Positions 18,623-27,174 of a stretch of DNA of 64,000 bases are shown here, in pieces (position 1 is the first letter of the stretch; the number at the start of each line of letters is the position of its first letter). This stretch comes from a virus: IMG/VR virus record IMGVR_UViG_3300034683_000117, positions 13,065 through 77,064 of that record. One strand, 5' to 3'. The position numbers and the translations under genes were made by a program. The notes beneath the pieces were generated by a model. That model was not told the origin of the DNA. It saw only the letters and a list, made by a program, of their open reading frames with translations, and made no database searches.

Positions 18623-18865
18623 CTACGTGGAAACGATAGTATTTGGGTCCACACACAATAAATCCAACCATCCAAAACATTTATCAGTAAGCAGGGTAGC
18701 ATCTCTATATACTTGCGCATTAAACAAAAACGTAACCAAACATCCGCTAAATGTATACCCATGACATGTTTCATAATAACCAGCAGACAATAATTCCTGT
18801 AGAACGTTGTCGCGTTCTTCGGGCGAAAAGTTAATAATTCCACTATCATATAAATCTTCAATCAT
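18623..18865 (-). CDS. Small protein, probably LexA-controlled
   Basis: GGAGG RBS; SOS box 25 nt upstream of start. Confidence 0.65.
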   Translation of the reverse strand: MIEDLYDSGIINFSPEERDNVLQELLSAGYYETCHGYTFSGCLVTFLFNAQVYRDATLLTDKCFGWLDLLCVDPNTIVST

Positions 18866-18890
18866 GATTTATCCTCCCGTTATACAAATC

Positions 18891-18904
18891 CGAACATATG
18901 TTCG
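18891..18904. promoter_or_regulatory. LexA (Cheo/SOS) box
   Basis: Perfect CGAACATATGTTCG matching CGAACRNRYGTTCG, downstream of a minus-strand TTGACA. Confidence 0.9.
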
Positions 18905-19034
18905 CACTGATATAATAGCATATACTGAAATAGTTGTCAATGAATATTTTATGATCACCAAATACCAATATATTGCTATGTTATACTTCTATAATTACAC
19001 TGATACTGCGATTATATCACATAACCATGACACA

Positions 19035-19568
19035 TCATTTTTGTGTGTCATCGGTTATGTGATACTTTTTCTTCGCAATATATTGTAGCCATGTTAAGCC
19101 ACTATAATTCTTGAAACCATACAATGCCCCTACTGTCACGATATCATATTCTGGTCTTGATAATAGCCATATCAGCCGACTACGCCTAATATCATTAACA
19201 GTGATTCTTTCTAAATCAATGCCCTCGCAGCGAACATTATTATTATACATGGCCGCTTGTATGGCATGTGATGGATTATCCAAGTGTTTTTTATTGCTTT
19301 TAGTACCATATTCTGTAGCCTTAATTAGCATATCAGAATCTCTAAACGGTACTAATTTCTGTATACCATTCCTGTCTGTCACCAAATATCGCACCTCACG
19401 CTGTACTCTTTTGATATCAAAGACTACTTCCGCATCTTCGATACGTACAATGCGTTTTGGCAAACGCAATAGTGCTATATCGTGTTTTAACATATCGTTG
19501 TGCTGAAATTCTATATTTTCTTCTTTTAATATCTTTATTTCTGCCTGTGTTAATCCCCACCACGCCAA
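19035..19568 (-). pseudogene. Degenerate tyrosine-recombinase-fold protein (MrpR/YopR-like), N-terminally truncated
   Basis: LAWWGLTQAEIKILK (box I without Arg) and ITVNDIRRSRL (box II-like); in-frame TAA three codons upstream, poor RBS. Confidence 0.45.
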
Positions 19569-19756
19569 ATTGTATTAACATTTATTTGCCTGCGCCGTCC
19601 CTCCTTCATCAGTTCCTCTAATTTCTGTATCACGAATACTTTTTATCTCCTTTCTTTTGTATATAATTATTTTATATGCCCTTTATAATGTTATTATAAC
19701 ACAAACAATATCATTGTCAATAGTTTTATAAAAATATTTATAAAATTCTGTTTTTA

Positions 19757-20653
19757 TTAAATCGTTGCAACAACATCCAACGGACTGCGATTTACTGCGG
19801 TTTTTAAAGCATTGCTATCAACATGTGTATATATTTGCGTTGTGGATATATTACTATGTCCTAAAATTTCCTGCAACTGTCTGATATCCATATTGCCACT
19901 CTGATAATTCAGTGTCGCAAATGTATGTCGTAAAGTATGAACAGCAACGCCGCGTTTGTTCTCTATATTTAACCCGCTTCGACCTATTGCGTTCTTTACG
20001 ATACGTTCAACCACATCATGAGATATGCGATTGCCGATTTCTGACACAAACAGCGGCCTGTTCGGATCGGTGCAGCCCTGCGTATAATCTGCTAACTGTT
20101 TAACCATGTTATCGCTTAAATATACATTACGCTCTTTCCCTCCCTTCCCTTTGATAACAATATACCCATCTTTTATATCACCAACATTAATAGACACAAG
20201 CTCAGATAGTCTCATGCCGGTTGTAAGCAATAAGCTTACTATCAGTCTATCTCGCACCATGTTGCGCCCTTTGATATTATCAATAAGCTGTCGGCACTGT
20301 TCTATGGTGAAGTACCTTGGTATGGTTTTATCTATTTTAGGCGCATCGATATCCTGCATTATATTGTTATCTATAATCTTACGCATATGCAAATATGCAA
20401 AAAACGATCTTAAAGACGCAATCTTTCTACGCCTTGTAGAAGCGCTGCATCCGTCTTGCGATAATTTATATAACCATGCATAAATATGATCTATTGTGAC
20501 GTCTTTTAACGCTAATGAGTCAATCGCAAAATAATTGTTGGCCATATACGAATACCACGATGCTATATCTTGTATATATTGTTTAATGGTATTGTCACTT
20601 TTATTAACACCAACTAAATACATTTTATAATCATCTAATATCGTACTGTACAT
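19757..20653 (-). CDS. Tyrosine recombinase, XerC/D-like, catalytically intact
   Basis: TGMRLSEL, KGKGGKER, HTLRHTFAT, LGHSNISTTQIYTH. Confidence 0.95.
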   Translation of the reverse strand: MYSTILDDYKMYLVGVNKSDNTIKQYIQDIASWYSYMANNYFAIDSLALKDVTIDHIYAWLYKLSQDGCSASTRRRKIASLRSFFAYLHMRKIIDNNIMQDIDAPKIDKTIPRYFTIEQCRQLIDNIKGRNMVRDRLIVSLLLTTGMRLSELVSINVGDIKDGYIVIKGKGGKERNVYLSDNMVKQLADYTQGCTDPNRPLFVSEIGNRISHDVVERIVKNAIGRSGLNIENKRGVAVHTLRHTFATLNYQSGNMDIRQLQEILGHSNISTTQIYTHVDSNALKTAVNRSPLDVVATI

Positions 20654-20837
20654 TTTTATCCTCCTTTGTATTAGTTTGTGTATACCTGCTCACGCTGTTT
20701 ATCTGTAAAATCGGGTCTACTTTTGGACCCTGCATATTCTTACTATGTTTCGTTGCCGATATAATTAACCCCAGCGCAGGTTCAATCATACTCCATAATA
20801 ATACCATGGTTAATAATGCAAATGCTGCTGGATTCAT
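20631..20837 (-). CDS. Hypothetical small membrane protein
   Basis: Hydrophobic N-terminus, GGAGG RBS. Confidence 0.5.
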   Translation of the reverse strand: MNPAAFALLTMVLLWSMIEPALGLIISATKHSKNMQGPKVDPILQINSVSRYTQTNTKEDKNVQYDIR

Positions 20838-20838
20838 A

Positions 20839-21516
20839 CTATCGCCTCCACAATGAAATTTTTGTTAGCATCTCTTGTTGGCATTCTGGCGAGCACACCG
20901 CATACGGGAACATTGCATCGCCTACCCAATATTGATGCTCTGTCATACCTTTATGGATATGTTCACCGCAATATTGGCAATAGTCTACCTGAATTGGTTG
21001 ATAATATTGACATGCCTGACCTGTACAGGTCTGCACGTGTTTATTATCGCACCCGTATATATTATTTTTCTTATAACCATACATACAATTATCGCACTTT
21101 ACATTTTGTGTTTTAGTTATAATCTTATTATCAGCTTTGTGAATTTCGCTTTGCGGGCCACCTGTCACAATGCACCCAACCTCATAATTTTCACTCTTAA
21201 TACCCAGTTGTTTATCTGGATATGTGTTAGTGTTATAAAAATGTACTGTGCTATTCAAACGAATATCATGAGTCATATTAGGTTCTGTTTTATTTATAAC
21301 ATGTATCATAATATGGCTATTATATGGATTAATATTTACAATAAGCTTATCAACGCAATTATATTCAAAATAACCATTATATTTGAATTTTGTCCCGTCT
21401 GTGACCTGTACGCTTGCCGGATTAAAAACAGCTAATACAAAATATGGTCTTGTTACCACCATTGTATAATCCTCCTTATATATTTTATAAGTACATATGC
21501 ACAATTTATTTTTCAT
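20839..21516 (-). CDS. Hypothetical Cys-rich protein
   Basis: CDNC, CQYCG, CSPEC; likely start MVVTR. Confidence 0.6.
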   Translation of the reverse strand: MKNKLCICTYKIYKEDYTMVVTRPYFVLAVFNPASVQVTDGTKFKYNGYFEYNCVDKLIVNINPYNSHIMIHVINKTEPNMTHDIRLNSTVHFYNTNTYPDKQLGIKSENYEVGCIVTGGPQSEIHKADNKIITKTQNVKCDNCMYGYKKNNIYGCDNKHVQTCTGQACQYYQPIQVDYCQYCGEHIHKGMTEHQYWVGDAMFPYAVCSPECQQEMLTKISLWRR

Positions 21517-21521
21517 ATTTT

Positions 21522-21836
21522 TTATTTATATTCTAATCTCCAATTAATCCATGGACACCAAAAAATGTCTTTAGCACTTTGTGTACCGTCAATTTTTATA
21601 GCGTATTCTGGTTCAAGACAAAAATGTAATACACATGTATTGTCAATATTATCACAAATTAATGGAATAAATTTACCATATGCACACCAATTTTGGCCTT
21701 TTAATTCGCCTTCAATATAATCAACGTAAAAATCTCCTATCATGCCTAGGTCTGCATGGTTGTACCCTAATAATTTATCTTGCGGTAAAAAATTTATTCT
21801 CATCATATGCCTTTCTTGCACCACGTTGTAGCTCAT
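21522..21836 (-). CDS. Hypothetical protein
   Basis: Co-oriented ORF. Confidence 0.5.
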   Translation of the reverse strand: MSYNVVQERHMMRINFLPQDKLLGYNHADLGMIGDFYVDYIEGELKGQNWCAYGKFIPLICDNIDNTCVLHFCLEPEYAIKIDGTQSAKDIFWCPWINWRLEYK

Positions 21837-21858
21837 GTGCCGCTAAATTTTATTTTTA

Positions 21859-22068
21859 TTATATATTATTTTCCACATAATCACATGGTGGATAACATTC
21901 ATCTATTATTTTTTTCATGATATTAGCATCCTCCCATGATTCAAACCACCCAATAATATCACCTATATATATTTCACCCTCCTTTAGTTCCTCCCATTTA
22001 TTAGGTTTACCAGTGCACAATATATATTGGTCTTTAACCTTTTTTATCATCAACCCTTTGTATTCCAT
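21859..22068 (-). CDS. Hypothetical protein
   Basis: GGAGG RBS. Confidence 0.6.
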   Translation of the reverse strand: MEYKGLMIKKVKDQYILCTGKPNKWEELKEGEIYIGDIIGWFESWEDANIMKKIIDECYPPCDYVENNI

Positions 22069-22082
22069 ATAACAACGCCTCC

Positions 22083-22538
22083 TTATATCTGTCTATGTCC
22101 CCATATATGAGCTACACCATCAATTACTTCTATAACTTCAACTTCTTCTATATCGCACCCAAAATCCCAATCTGCCGGAATATCTCTCCAGCTTGCGTAT
22201 TCGTATACAGCATCACTTTCAACATCGTGTACAACAACCGCTCCATCCCAATCACACAAATATATTGTATCGCTGTCATCTCCCGCATTGTCTACAATTT
22301 CAATCAAATGCTCTACAGCATCATCAAAATCATATTCATATGGATTTAACAAATCTTTCAACTCATCGGTATTAACCAATATTTCTGCCCGATGGTTATA
22401 TACTGGCTCGGCAATTCCTAAATTGTCTCCCCGTGATATATTAATTTTATCTCCATATTTATATATCAACGGATAACCACTATTTGCCAATGATTCTCTG
22501 GCTGTTTCCAGCAATTCCTTAGCTTGTTCTCTTGTCAT
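22083..22538 (-). CDS. Acidic early protein
   Basis: GGAGG RBS before MTREQ; D/E-rich. Confidence 0.65.
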   Translation of the reverse strand: MTREQAKELLETARESLANSGYPLIYKYGDKINISRGDNLGIAEPVYNHRAEILVNTDELKDLLNPYEYDFDDAVEHLIEIVDNAGDDSDTIYLCDWDGAVVVHDVESDAVYEYASWRDIPADWDFGCDIEEVEVIEVIDGVAHIWGHRQI

Positions 22539-22552
22539 TGTGATACCTCCTT

Positions 22553-23018
22553 TCAATCTTCGGCTACTAAATATATAGATTCTAACCCCGCCCATGGCGC
22601 ATTAGCTGTTCCACTGTTCAACTTAAACGCATTAGCTATTGCTTCCTTGTCAAAATCGCCCACCCAGTCCAATGCGTCATCATCGTCGCTAAATTCGACA
22701 TTATCTGTCCAATCATATTCTACCCATTCACCATCGGGTATCTGATAACTAACATTTGTATAAAACTCTATATCATCAAGCTTATAATCTGACAAATCTT
22801 CACCATCTTCAAAAAAAACATGTACCATTGTTCATATACTCAATAACTACTGGTTCATCGTCTATTTTGACGTTTACAAATACATTGCCGAACATGCCTT
22901 TTTGTTCCTCTTCCTGAATTATTTCGTGCAAACCTTGTTGCGAAATATATTCGGCCAAATCGTTTAACATAATATAATCCGCTAAATCCATCATGTTTTC
23001 TTTTTTCAGTTTTAACAT
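22553..23018 (-). CDS. Very acidic early protein, split into two ORFs (22809-23018, 22553-22828) at a T8 run
   Basis: Removing one T at 22811-22818 reads NNGTCFFEDGED continuously. Confidence 0.55.
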
Positions 23019-23030
23019 TTTTATTTCCTC

Positions 23031-23468
23031 CTATTCCCATTCCAGTCCATATTGTTCTACTAAGTCTATAAAATCACCATCAATGCTCGTATCAACATAT
23101 ACAGCCGTTCCATCATTATCTTCATCATCAATAACAACAAGGCCCGCGGACAACCATCCTTCCACCTTTCCATTGTTTAAGAAATCTACCATTTCAACAG
23201 AATCATTTTTCCAATATAAATTAAAATGTTTCATGTTCTCTAACAGCTCGCTTGATTGGTTGATAGCCCAATCATAATTATCTATTGCATATTGTGCATC
23301 TTCTATATCTTCAGGAATAGTTGTACTATCCGCTGTCCATATAGTATCCGATGTTGTCCCATTGTCCCAAGTTGCAGCCAGTACCTTCGCTCCATCCCTT
23401 GTATGCGCTATAAAAAATGTATAGCGATCACCATCATCCAATACAAATGCTGTTTCTTTATTTGCCAT
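23031..23468 (-). CDS. Acidic early protein
   Basis: GGAGG RBS, preceded by class-1 promoter. Confidence 0.7.
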   Translation of the reverse strand: MANKETAFVLDDGDRYTFFIAHTRDGAKVLAATWDNGTTSDTIWTADSTTIPEDIEDAQYAIDNYDWAINQSSELLENMKHFNLYWKNDSVEMVDFLNNGKVEGWLSAGLVVIDDEDNDGTAVYVDTSIDGDFIDLVEQYGLEWE

Positions 23469-23507
23469 TTTTAATTCCTCCTAAATATTTTTTATTTTGT
23501 ATCTATA

Positions 23508-23539
23508 ATATAGAGTCTCAACGCTCTATATTTTAAACC
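23508..23539 (-). promoter_or_regulatory. Class-1 phage promoter motif (GGTTTA-N21-TATAT), with inverted repeat
   Basis: GGTTTAAAATATAGAGCGTTGAGACTCTATAT; one of six copies. Confidence 0.7.
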
Positions 23540-23553
23540 CTGCATAAAAATAT

Positions 23554-23751
23554 TTATTGTTTATTATTTTGATATTCGTTTATATATTTATCATAATTTT
23601 GCCATATATTGCCTAAATTGATGTCTTGGCATAATATACCATCCACAATTGCATAATATAATTTTAGCACAATTTGTTTGTCTAGTAAATCCTGCACCGC
23701 CTTTCTAATTAGAAAATCTTGTAATTCTGTCATTTTTAATCTTCTTTCCAA
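23554..23751 (-). CDS. Hypothetical protein
   Basis: Co-oriented ORF; likely start MTELQ. Confidence 0.5.
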   Translation of the reverse strand: MERRLKMTELQDFLIRKAVQDLLDKQIVLKLYYAIVDGILCQDINLGNIWQNYDKYINEYQNNKQ

Positions 23752-23865
23752 AATATAGAAGTTTTGTCATAATACAACCGTATAATATCTTTGGCTGTAT
23801 TATATAAACCATATAGTGTGATTATAAGTATTGATACTGTAATTATCTTTTGCAATAACATATTA

Positions 23866-24231
23866 TCACCCTTGAATATAATTTACTGCATCAATATACT
23901 GGTCAACTATATTTTGGAACCTTGCAATAGCTTCTTGTAGTGTAATACGCCCCATAAACTCCACCCCGCAATCTTTATTATTTGCATCTATACGTTTGAT
24001 TTCTAGTCCATAAAACGTATATGATAATACAAATATACTATCGCAAGCATGTACTACAAGCGGCAAATCGCTTTGCGTTATTTCCATAAACCAATTTAAA
24101 GCCTCCTGTAAATTATTTTTAGCTTCTGTTTTGGTTTTACCATATTCTTTCCATGGTCCCAAAGCGGCGACATATCCGCTGTGTTTACGCATCAACGTAT
24201 CTTTATATTCTGTTATGTCAATTTTTAACAT
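23866..24231 (-). CDS. Protein with HicB-like N-terminal motif
   Basis: GYVA..YGKTKTEAKNNLQEAL; start corrected to MLKID (the track's GTG lies inside the RNA gene). Confidence 0.5.
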   Translation of the reverse strand: MLKIDITEYKDTLMRKHSGYVAALGPWKEYGKTKTEAKNNLQEALNWFMEITQSDLPLVVHACDSIFVLSYTFYGLEIKRIDANNKDCGVEFMGRITLQEAIARFQNIVDQYIDAVNYIQG

Positions 24232-24250
24232 AATATCACCCCTTATTTTT

Positions 24251-24329
24251 TGGTGGAGCTGCGGGGAATCGAACCCCGGTCCGGAGTTTTGCACGTTGGC
24301 CTTTCACTCCGTCGATACCTTCCAGCCCC
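24251..24329 (-). ncRNA. Mini-tmRNA: tRNA-like domain only (79 nt), no mRNA-like domain
   Basis: GGGGCTG/CAGCTCC acceptor with G3.U70, ACCA end, stemless D loop GAAGGTATCGAC, helix GGAGT/ACTCC closed by 18 nt, GGAC, T arm CGGGG-TTCGATT-CCCCG. Confidence 0.85.
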
Positions 24330-24334
24330 TATCT

Positions 24335-24664
24335 TTACACTCTTGCTAATGCCCTACACCCTATGATCTTACCCTGGTCATCTCTGACAGAATCATCTGG
24401 TATAACCAAATCTTGCCTATCTTTAGCAGCTTGGGCCACTAAAGCAGATACTATATACAATGTATCTGGCGCAGGATCTGGCAATCCGTCAACAGTACCA
24501 TATAATGTCTTATTAATATTAACATTGATACCATTAATATTAATAACATCTATAGTTTGTCTTGTCGTTGCGCACCTAGCCACTTGACCTGATGCTGGGA
24601 TTGTTATATCCCCAGCATCTGTCAAGATATTGATATCGTGAGGTGTTAAGTTAATTATCTTCAT
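24335..24664 (-). CDS. NLTPH-family small protein; candidate Crn4-like ring nuclease
   Basis: INLTPH..P.SG..AR..GLP.P..T.YIVS..VA..R.DL..P..VRD..G.IIGCR.L; family-to-function link recalled, not verified. Confidence 0.5.
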   Translation of the reverse strand: MKIINLTPHDINILTDAGDITIPASGQVARCATTRQTIDVININGINVNINKTLYGTVDGLPDPAPDTLYIVSALVAQAAKDRQDLVIPDDSVRDDQGKIIGCRALARV

Positions 24665-25137
24665 ATTTTCACCTTCTCTATAATAAAATCTTTTACTGTT
24701 TGTTCAATATCTTCAAAATCGTATAAATACATGTTACATGCAACATCCCAAATGTCGGCTACATCATCATCAGTCAATTTATCCACATATTCTGGGTAAT
24801 GATCCTTTATATATTTTATTGCATGGTTATACAAAATAGTTTCTCTGTTTTTGTCTAAAATATATTCATTATACATATACCATGCGTTTTGTATATCTTT
24901 AAGTATATCACCGCTAAAGTCTACAATACCTATTGCCTCATTGTAAAACCCAGCGTTATACAATTTTTCAAGATTGTTAAACAATTTATGTGAATATATA
25001 CTTACGTACAAATCCGCAACTGTATTTATCGCGTCCTCTATATAGCCTTCATATTCAAATGCCACCTCATCGCACATCATGGCATCATCTTGTCCCTGTA
25101 ACAGATTCTCTACATCGTATTTTTTATATTCTAACAT
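24661..25137 (-). CDS. Ocr-like acidic protein, paralogue 1
   Basis: IEDAINTVADLYVSIYSHKLF resembles T7 Ocr [21 protein letters not shown]. Confidence 0.55.
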   Translation of the reverse strand: MLEYKKYDVENLLQGQDDAMMCDEVAFEYEGYIEDAINTVADLYVSIYSHKLFNNLEKLYNAGFYNEAIGIVDFSGDILKDIQNAWYMYNEYILDKNRETILYNHAIKYIKDHYPEYVDKLTDDDVADIWDVACNMYLYDFEDIEQTVKDFIIEKVKI

Positions 25138-25174
25138 TTTTCTTCCCTCCAATTTTATTATTTATGTATCTATA

Positions 25175-25206
25175 ATATAGAGTTTTGATACTCTATATTA
25201 TAAACC
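25175..25206 (-). promoter_or_regulatory. Class-1 phage promoter motif with 12-bp inverted repeat
   Basis: GGTTTA-N21-TATAT; plus strand TATAATATAGAG-N8-CTCTATATTATA. Confidence 0.7.
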
Positions 25207-25224
25207 CTACACAAAAATTTTTAT

Positions 25225-25518
25225 TTATTCTTGCCACCCTTCAAGGAGCATGGCCACACCATATGGTATATGGCTGTCTTGATTTGGACTATTCAATAGC
25301 CATACCAACGGATCGCCACCATTACATATACAATTAGCAAATAAATGATCGGCAAATGCTGGATTAACAACCACTTTCGCGGTGTTTACATCACTTTTTC
25401 CATTCCAACCTATAGCCTTATAAAAATCGACTATAGAGTGAATAGATACCTTGCCTACACGTACCAACCTAGCGTTCTTAAATACGCTGGGCAATCTTGG
25501 TTCTTGCAATTCTACCAT
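25225..25518 (-). CDS. Hypothetical protein
   Basis: GGAGG RBS. Confidence 0.6.
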   Translation of the reverse strand: MVELQEPRLPSVFKNARLVRVGKVSIHSIVDFYKAIGWNGKSDVNTAKVVVNPAFADHLFANCICNGGDPLVWLLNSPNQDSHIPYGVAMLLEGWQE

Positions 25519-25519
25519 G

Positions 25520-26020
25520 TCATTTTACCTCCTGTAAAACGTTATTTTGATTAACAAGTTTTAATTCAAATATTCTATTTTTATCTAGCTTTCTTTTTAC
25601 ATCTTGACGTTCTATAGTATTATAACTACCGTCAAGTATACCTTGCGTGTACTCTGTTATTTCCCAATTCCTAGCCTCAAAATATTGTTTAAATGTTTTA
25701 TATGCCACCAGCTTTTGTTGCATATCGTATTTATTAGCTTGTAATTGTCTAATATAACGATATGTATACTTGTCGTTTAACTCAAACACACCATAACAAA
25801 TCTTATTATTATTTATTTGTGTATTCTTGCGATAAATTCTTTTTAATTCATCTATTACTTTTTTGCTTTGACCGCATATTGCCCAATATCCCAACTGGTT
25901 ACGCATATCATAATCTAAATTAAACATCATCTTTTTGTTACCGATTATAACATATGCCTTGAACGATTCCGATGCATACCTGTAACAAGTATATGCATAA
26001 TTAATTTTATCCTTAGCCAT
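25520..26020 (-). CDS. Hypothetical basic protein
   Basis: GGAGG RBS; TTGACA upstream near 26140. Confidence 0.6.
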   Translation of the reverse strand: MAKDKINYAYTCYRYASESFKAYVIIGNKKMMFNLDYDMRNQLGYWAICGQSKKVIDELKRIYRKNTQINNNKICYGVFELNDKYTYRYIRQLQANKYDMQQKLVAYKTFKQYFEARNWEITEYTQGILDGSYNTIERQDVKRKLDKNRIFELKLVNQNNVLQEVK

Positions 26021-26147
26021 TTGATAAAACCTCCATTTTATTTTATATTGCCGTGTTTTGGCGATTTGCTCAGGTACACGGCAAACCTACTCTTTAATAA
26101 GTCTTGTATACTAGAATTATATTATATAATAGTTATATTGTCAACTA

Positions 26148-26630
26148 TTATTGATCACCTCCTTTTATCCATTCCACCAATTCATCAACGATGGATTCGA
26201 TATCTGCGAACTTGTTTCCATCATCAATATTTGTTAGTGCTAGTGCTAGATCGCTGACTTTTATTTTGTCTACAAATTCTGGATAGCGATCTTGAATAAT
26301 TCTAACTGCATAGTTAAACACTATCTCGTCAAAGTTATTATAAATTTGCCGCTCGGTATAATAGTACCATGCTTGTCCAATGTTTTTGATTAAGTCTCCA
26401 GCATCGCCATATTCTTGTATAACATCATCATAATTGCCACTATTATACAGTATTGGAACAGCTTCAAATAATACATCGTTCCATATACTGACCGATGAAT
26501 CAGCTGTCTCTGTTATTGCTTCTCTAATTTCAACATCACCAGCCACATCTAACACGCGGTCAAGGACTTGTTCGTCGTCCTGCAATTCCCCTAACAGATT
26601 CTCTACATCGTATTTTTTAAATTTTAACAT
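26148..26630 (-). CDS. Ocr-like acidic protein, paralogue 2
   Basis: IREAITETADSSVSIWNDVLF and DLIKNIGQAWY align with Ocr helices; shares KKYDVENLL with paralogue 1. Confidence 0.55.
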   Translation of the reverse strand: MLKFKKYDVENLLGELQDDEQVLDRVLDVAGDVEIREAITETADSSVSIWNDVLFEAVPILYNSGNYDDVIQEYGDAGDLIKNIGQAWYYYTERQIYNNFDEIVFNYAVRIIQDRYPEFVDKIKVSDLALALTNIDDGNKFADIESIVDELVEWIKGGDQ

Positions 26631-26637
26631 TTTTAAT

Positions 26638-26701
26638 TCCTCCAATTTTATTATTTTATTTTATATAATATATAGTATTTAACAATGTATTTTTAAACCT
26701 T
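26638..26701 (-). repeat. 64-bp exact repeat (class-1 promoter plus RBS), identical to 27533-27596
   Basis: Direct comparison. Confidence 0.9.
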
Positions 26702-26741
26702 GCCTCAATTTTTTTACCAGCATTTTTATTGAACGGTTCTA

Positions 26742-26990
26742 CTATTTTTTAACATAATAACTGGGATAACGTCCCAACTCATTAACACAATTGTAATAAA
26801 TAAAAGCGTTAACTACAATGTTAAAATCTTCATTATCGCTATTATCTTTATTAATAGCGATAGGATAGCCTAATATACCGTTTAATCTTGCATTACATGG
26901 CGCTATGTATATAGTATTGCCATTATCATATATTTTTTTTGCTATTGTTTTATTTATCCTTTTATATCCATCAACTTCTATTTGTCGCAT
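26742..26990 (-). CDS. Hypothetical phage protein
   Basis: VNAF.YYNC..ELGRYP.YY; GGAGG RBS. Confidence 0.65.
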   Translation of the reverse strand: MRQIEVDGYKRINKTIAKKIYDNGNTIYIAPCNARLNGILGYPIAINKDNSDNEDFNIVVNAFIYYNCVNELGRYPSYYVKK

Positions 26991-27033
26991 TTTTAAACCC
27001 TCCAATAATTTTTAATTTTATTCTTTATCTATA

Positions 27034-27065
27034 ATATAGAGTCTTTATATACTTGTTTTTAAACC
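27034..27065 (-). promoter_or_regulatory. Class-1 phage promoter motif
   Basis: GGTTTA-N21-TATAT. Confidence 0.7.
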
Positions 27066-27137
27066 TGCTTAAAAATTTGCTAGACTTGTTTTAAGTCGAT
27101 TCTTGCATAATATTATATTAATATAAGCACAAAAACT

Positions 27138-27161
27138 GTCAAGAGGTTTTAACCTCTTGAC
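27138..27161 (-). terminator. Intrinsic terminator
   Basis: GTCAAGAGGTT-N2-AACCTCTTGAC followed by a T run on minus. Confidence 0.7.
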
Positions 27162-27174
27162 TAAGTACAACATA

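Noticed and set aside
24251-24329. Ordinary tRNA-Ala, or a simple attP copy of ssrA
   Set aside because: No D stem and no 7-nt anticodon loop. An attP normally carries only one end of the gene, whereas both ends are present and pair.
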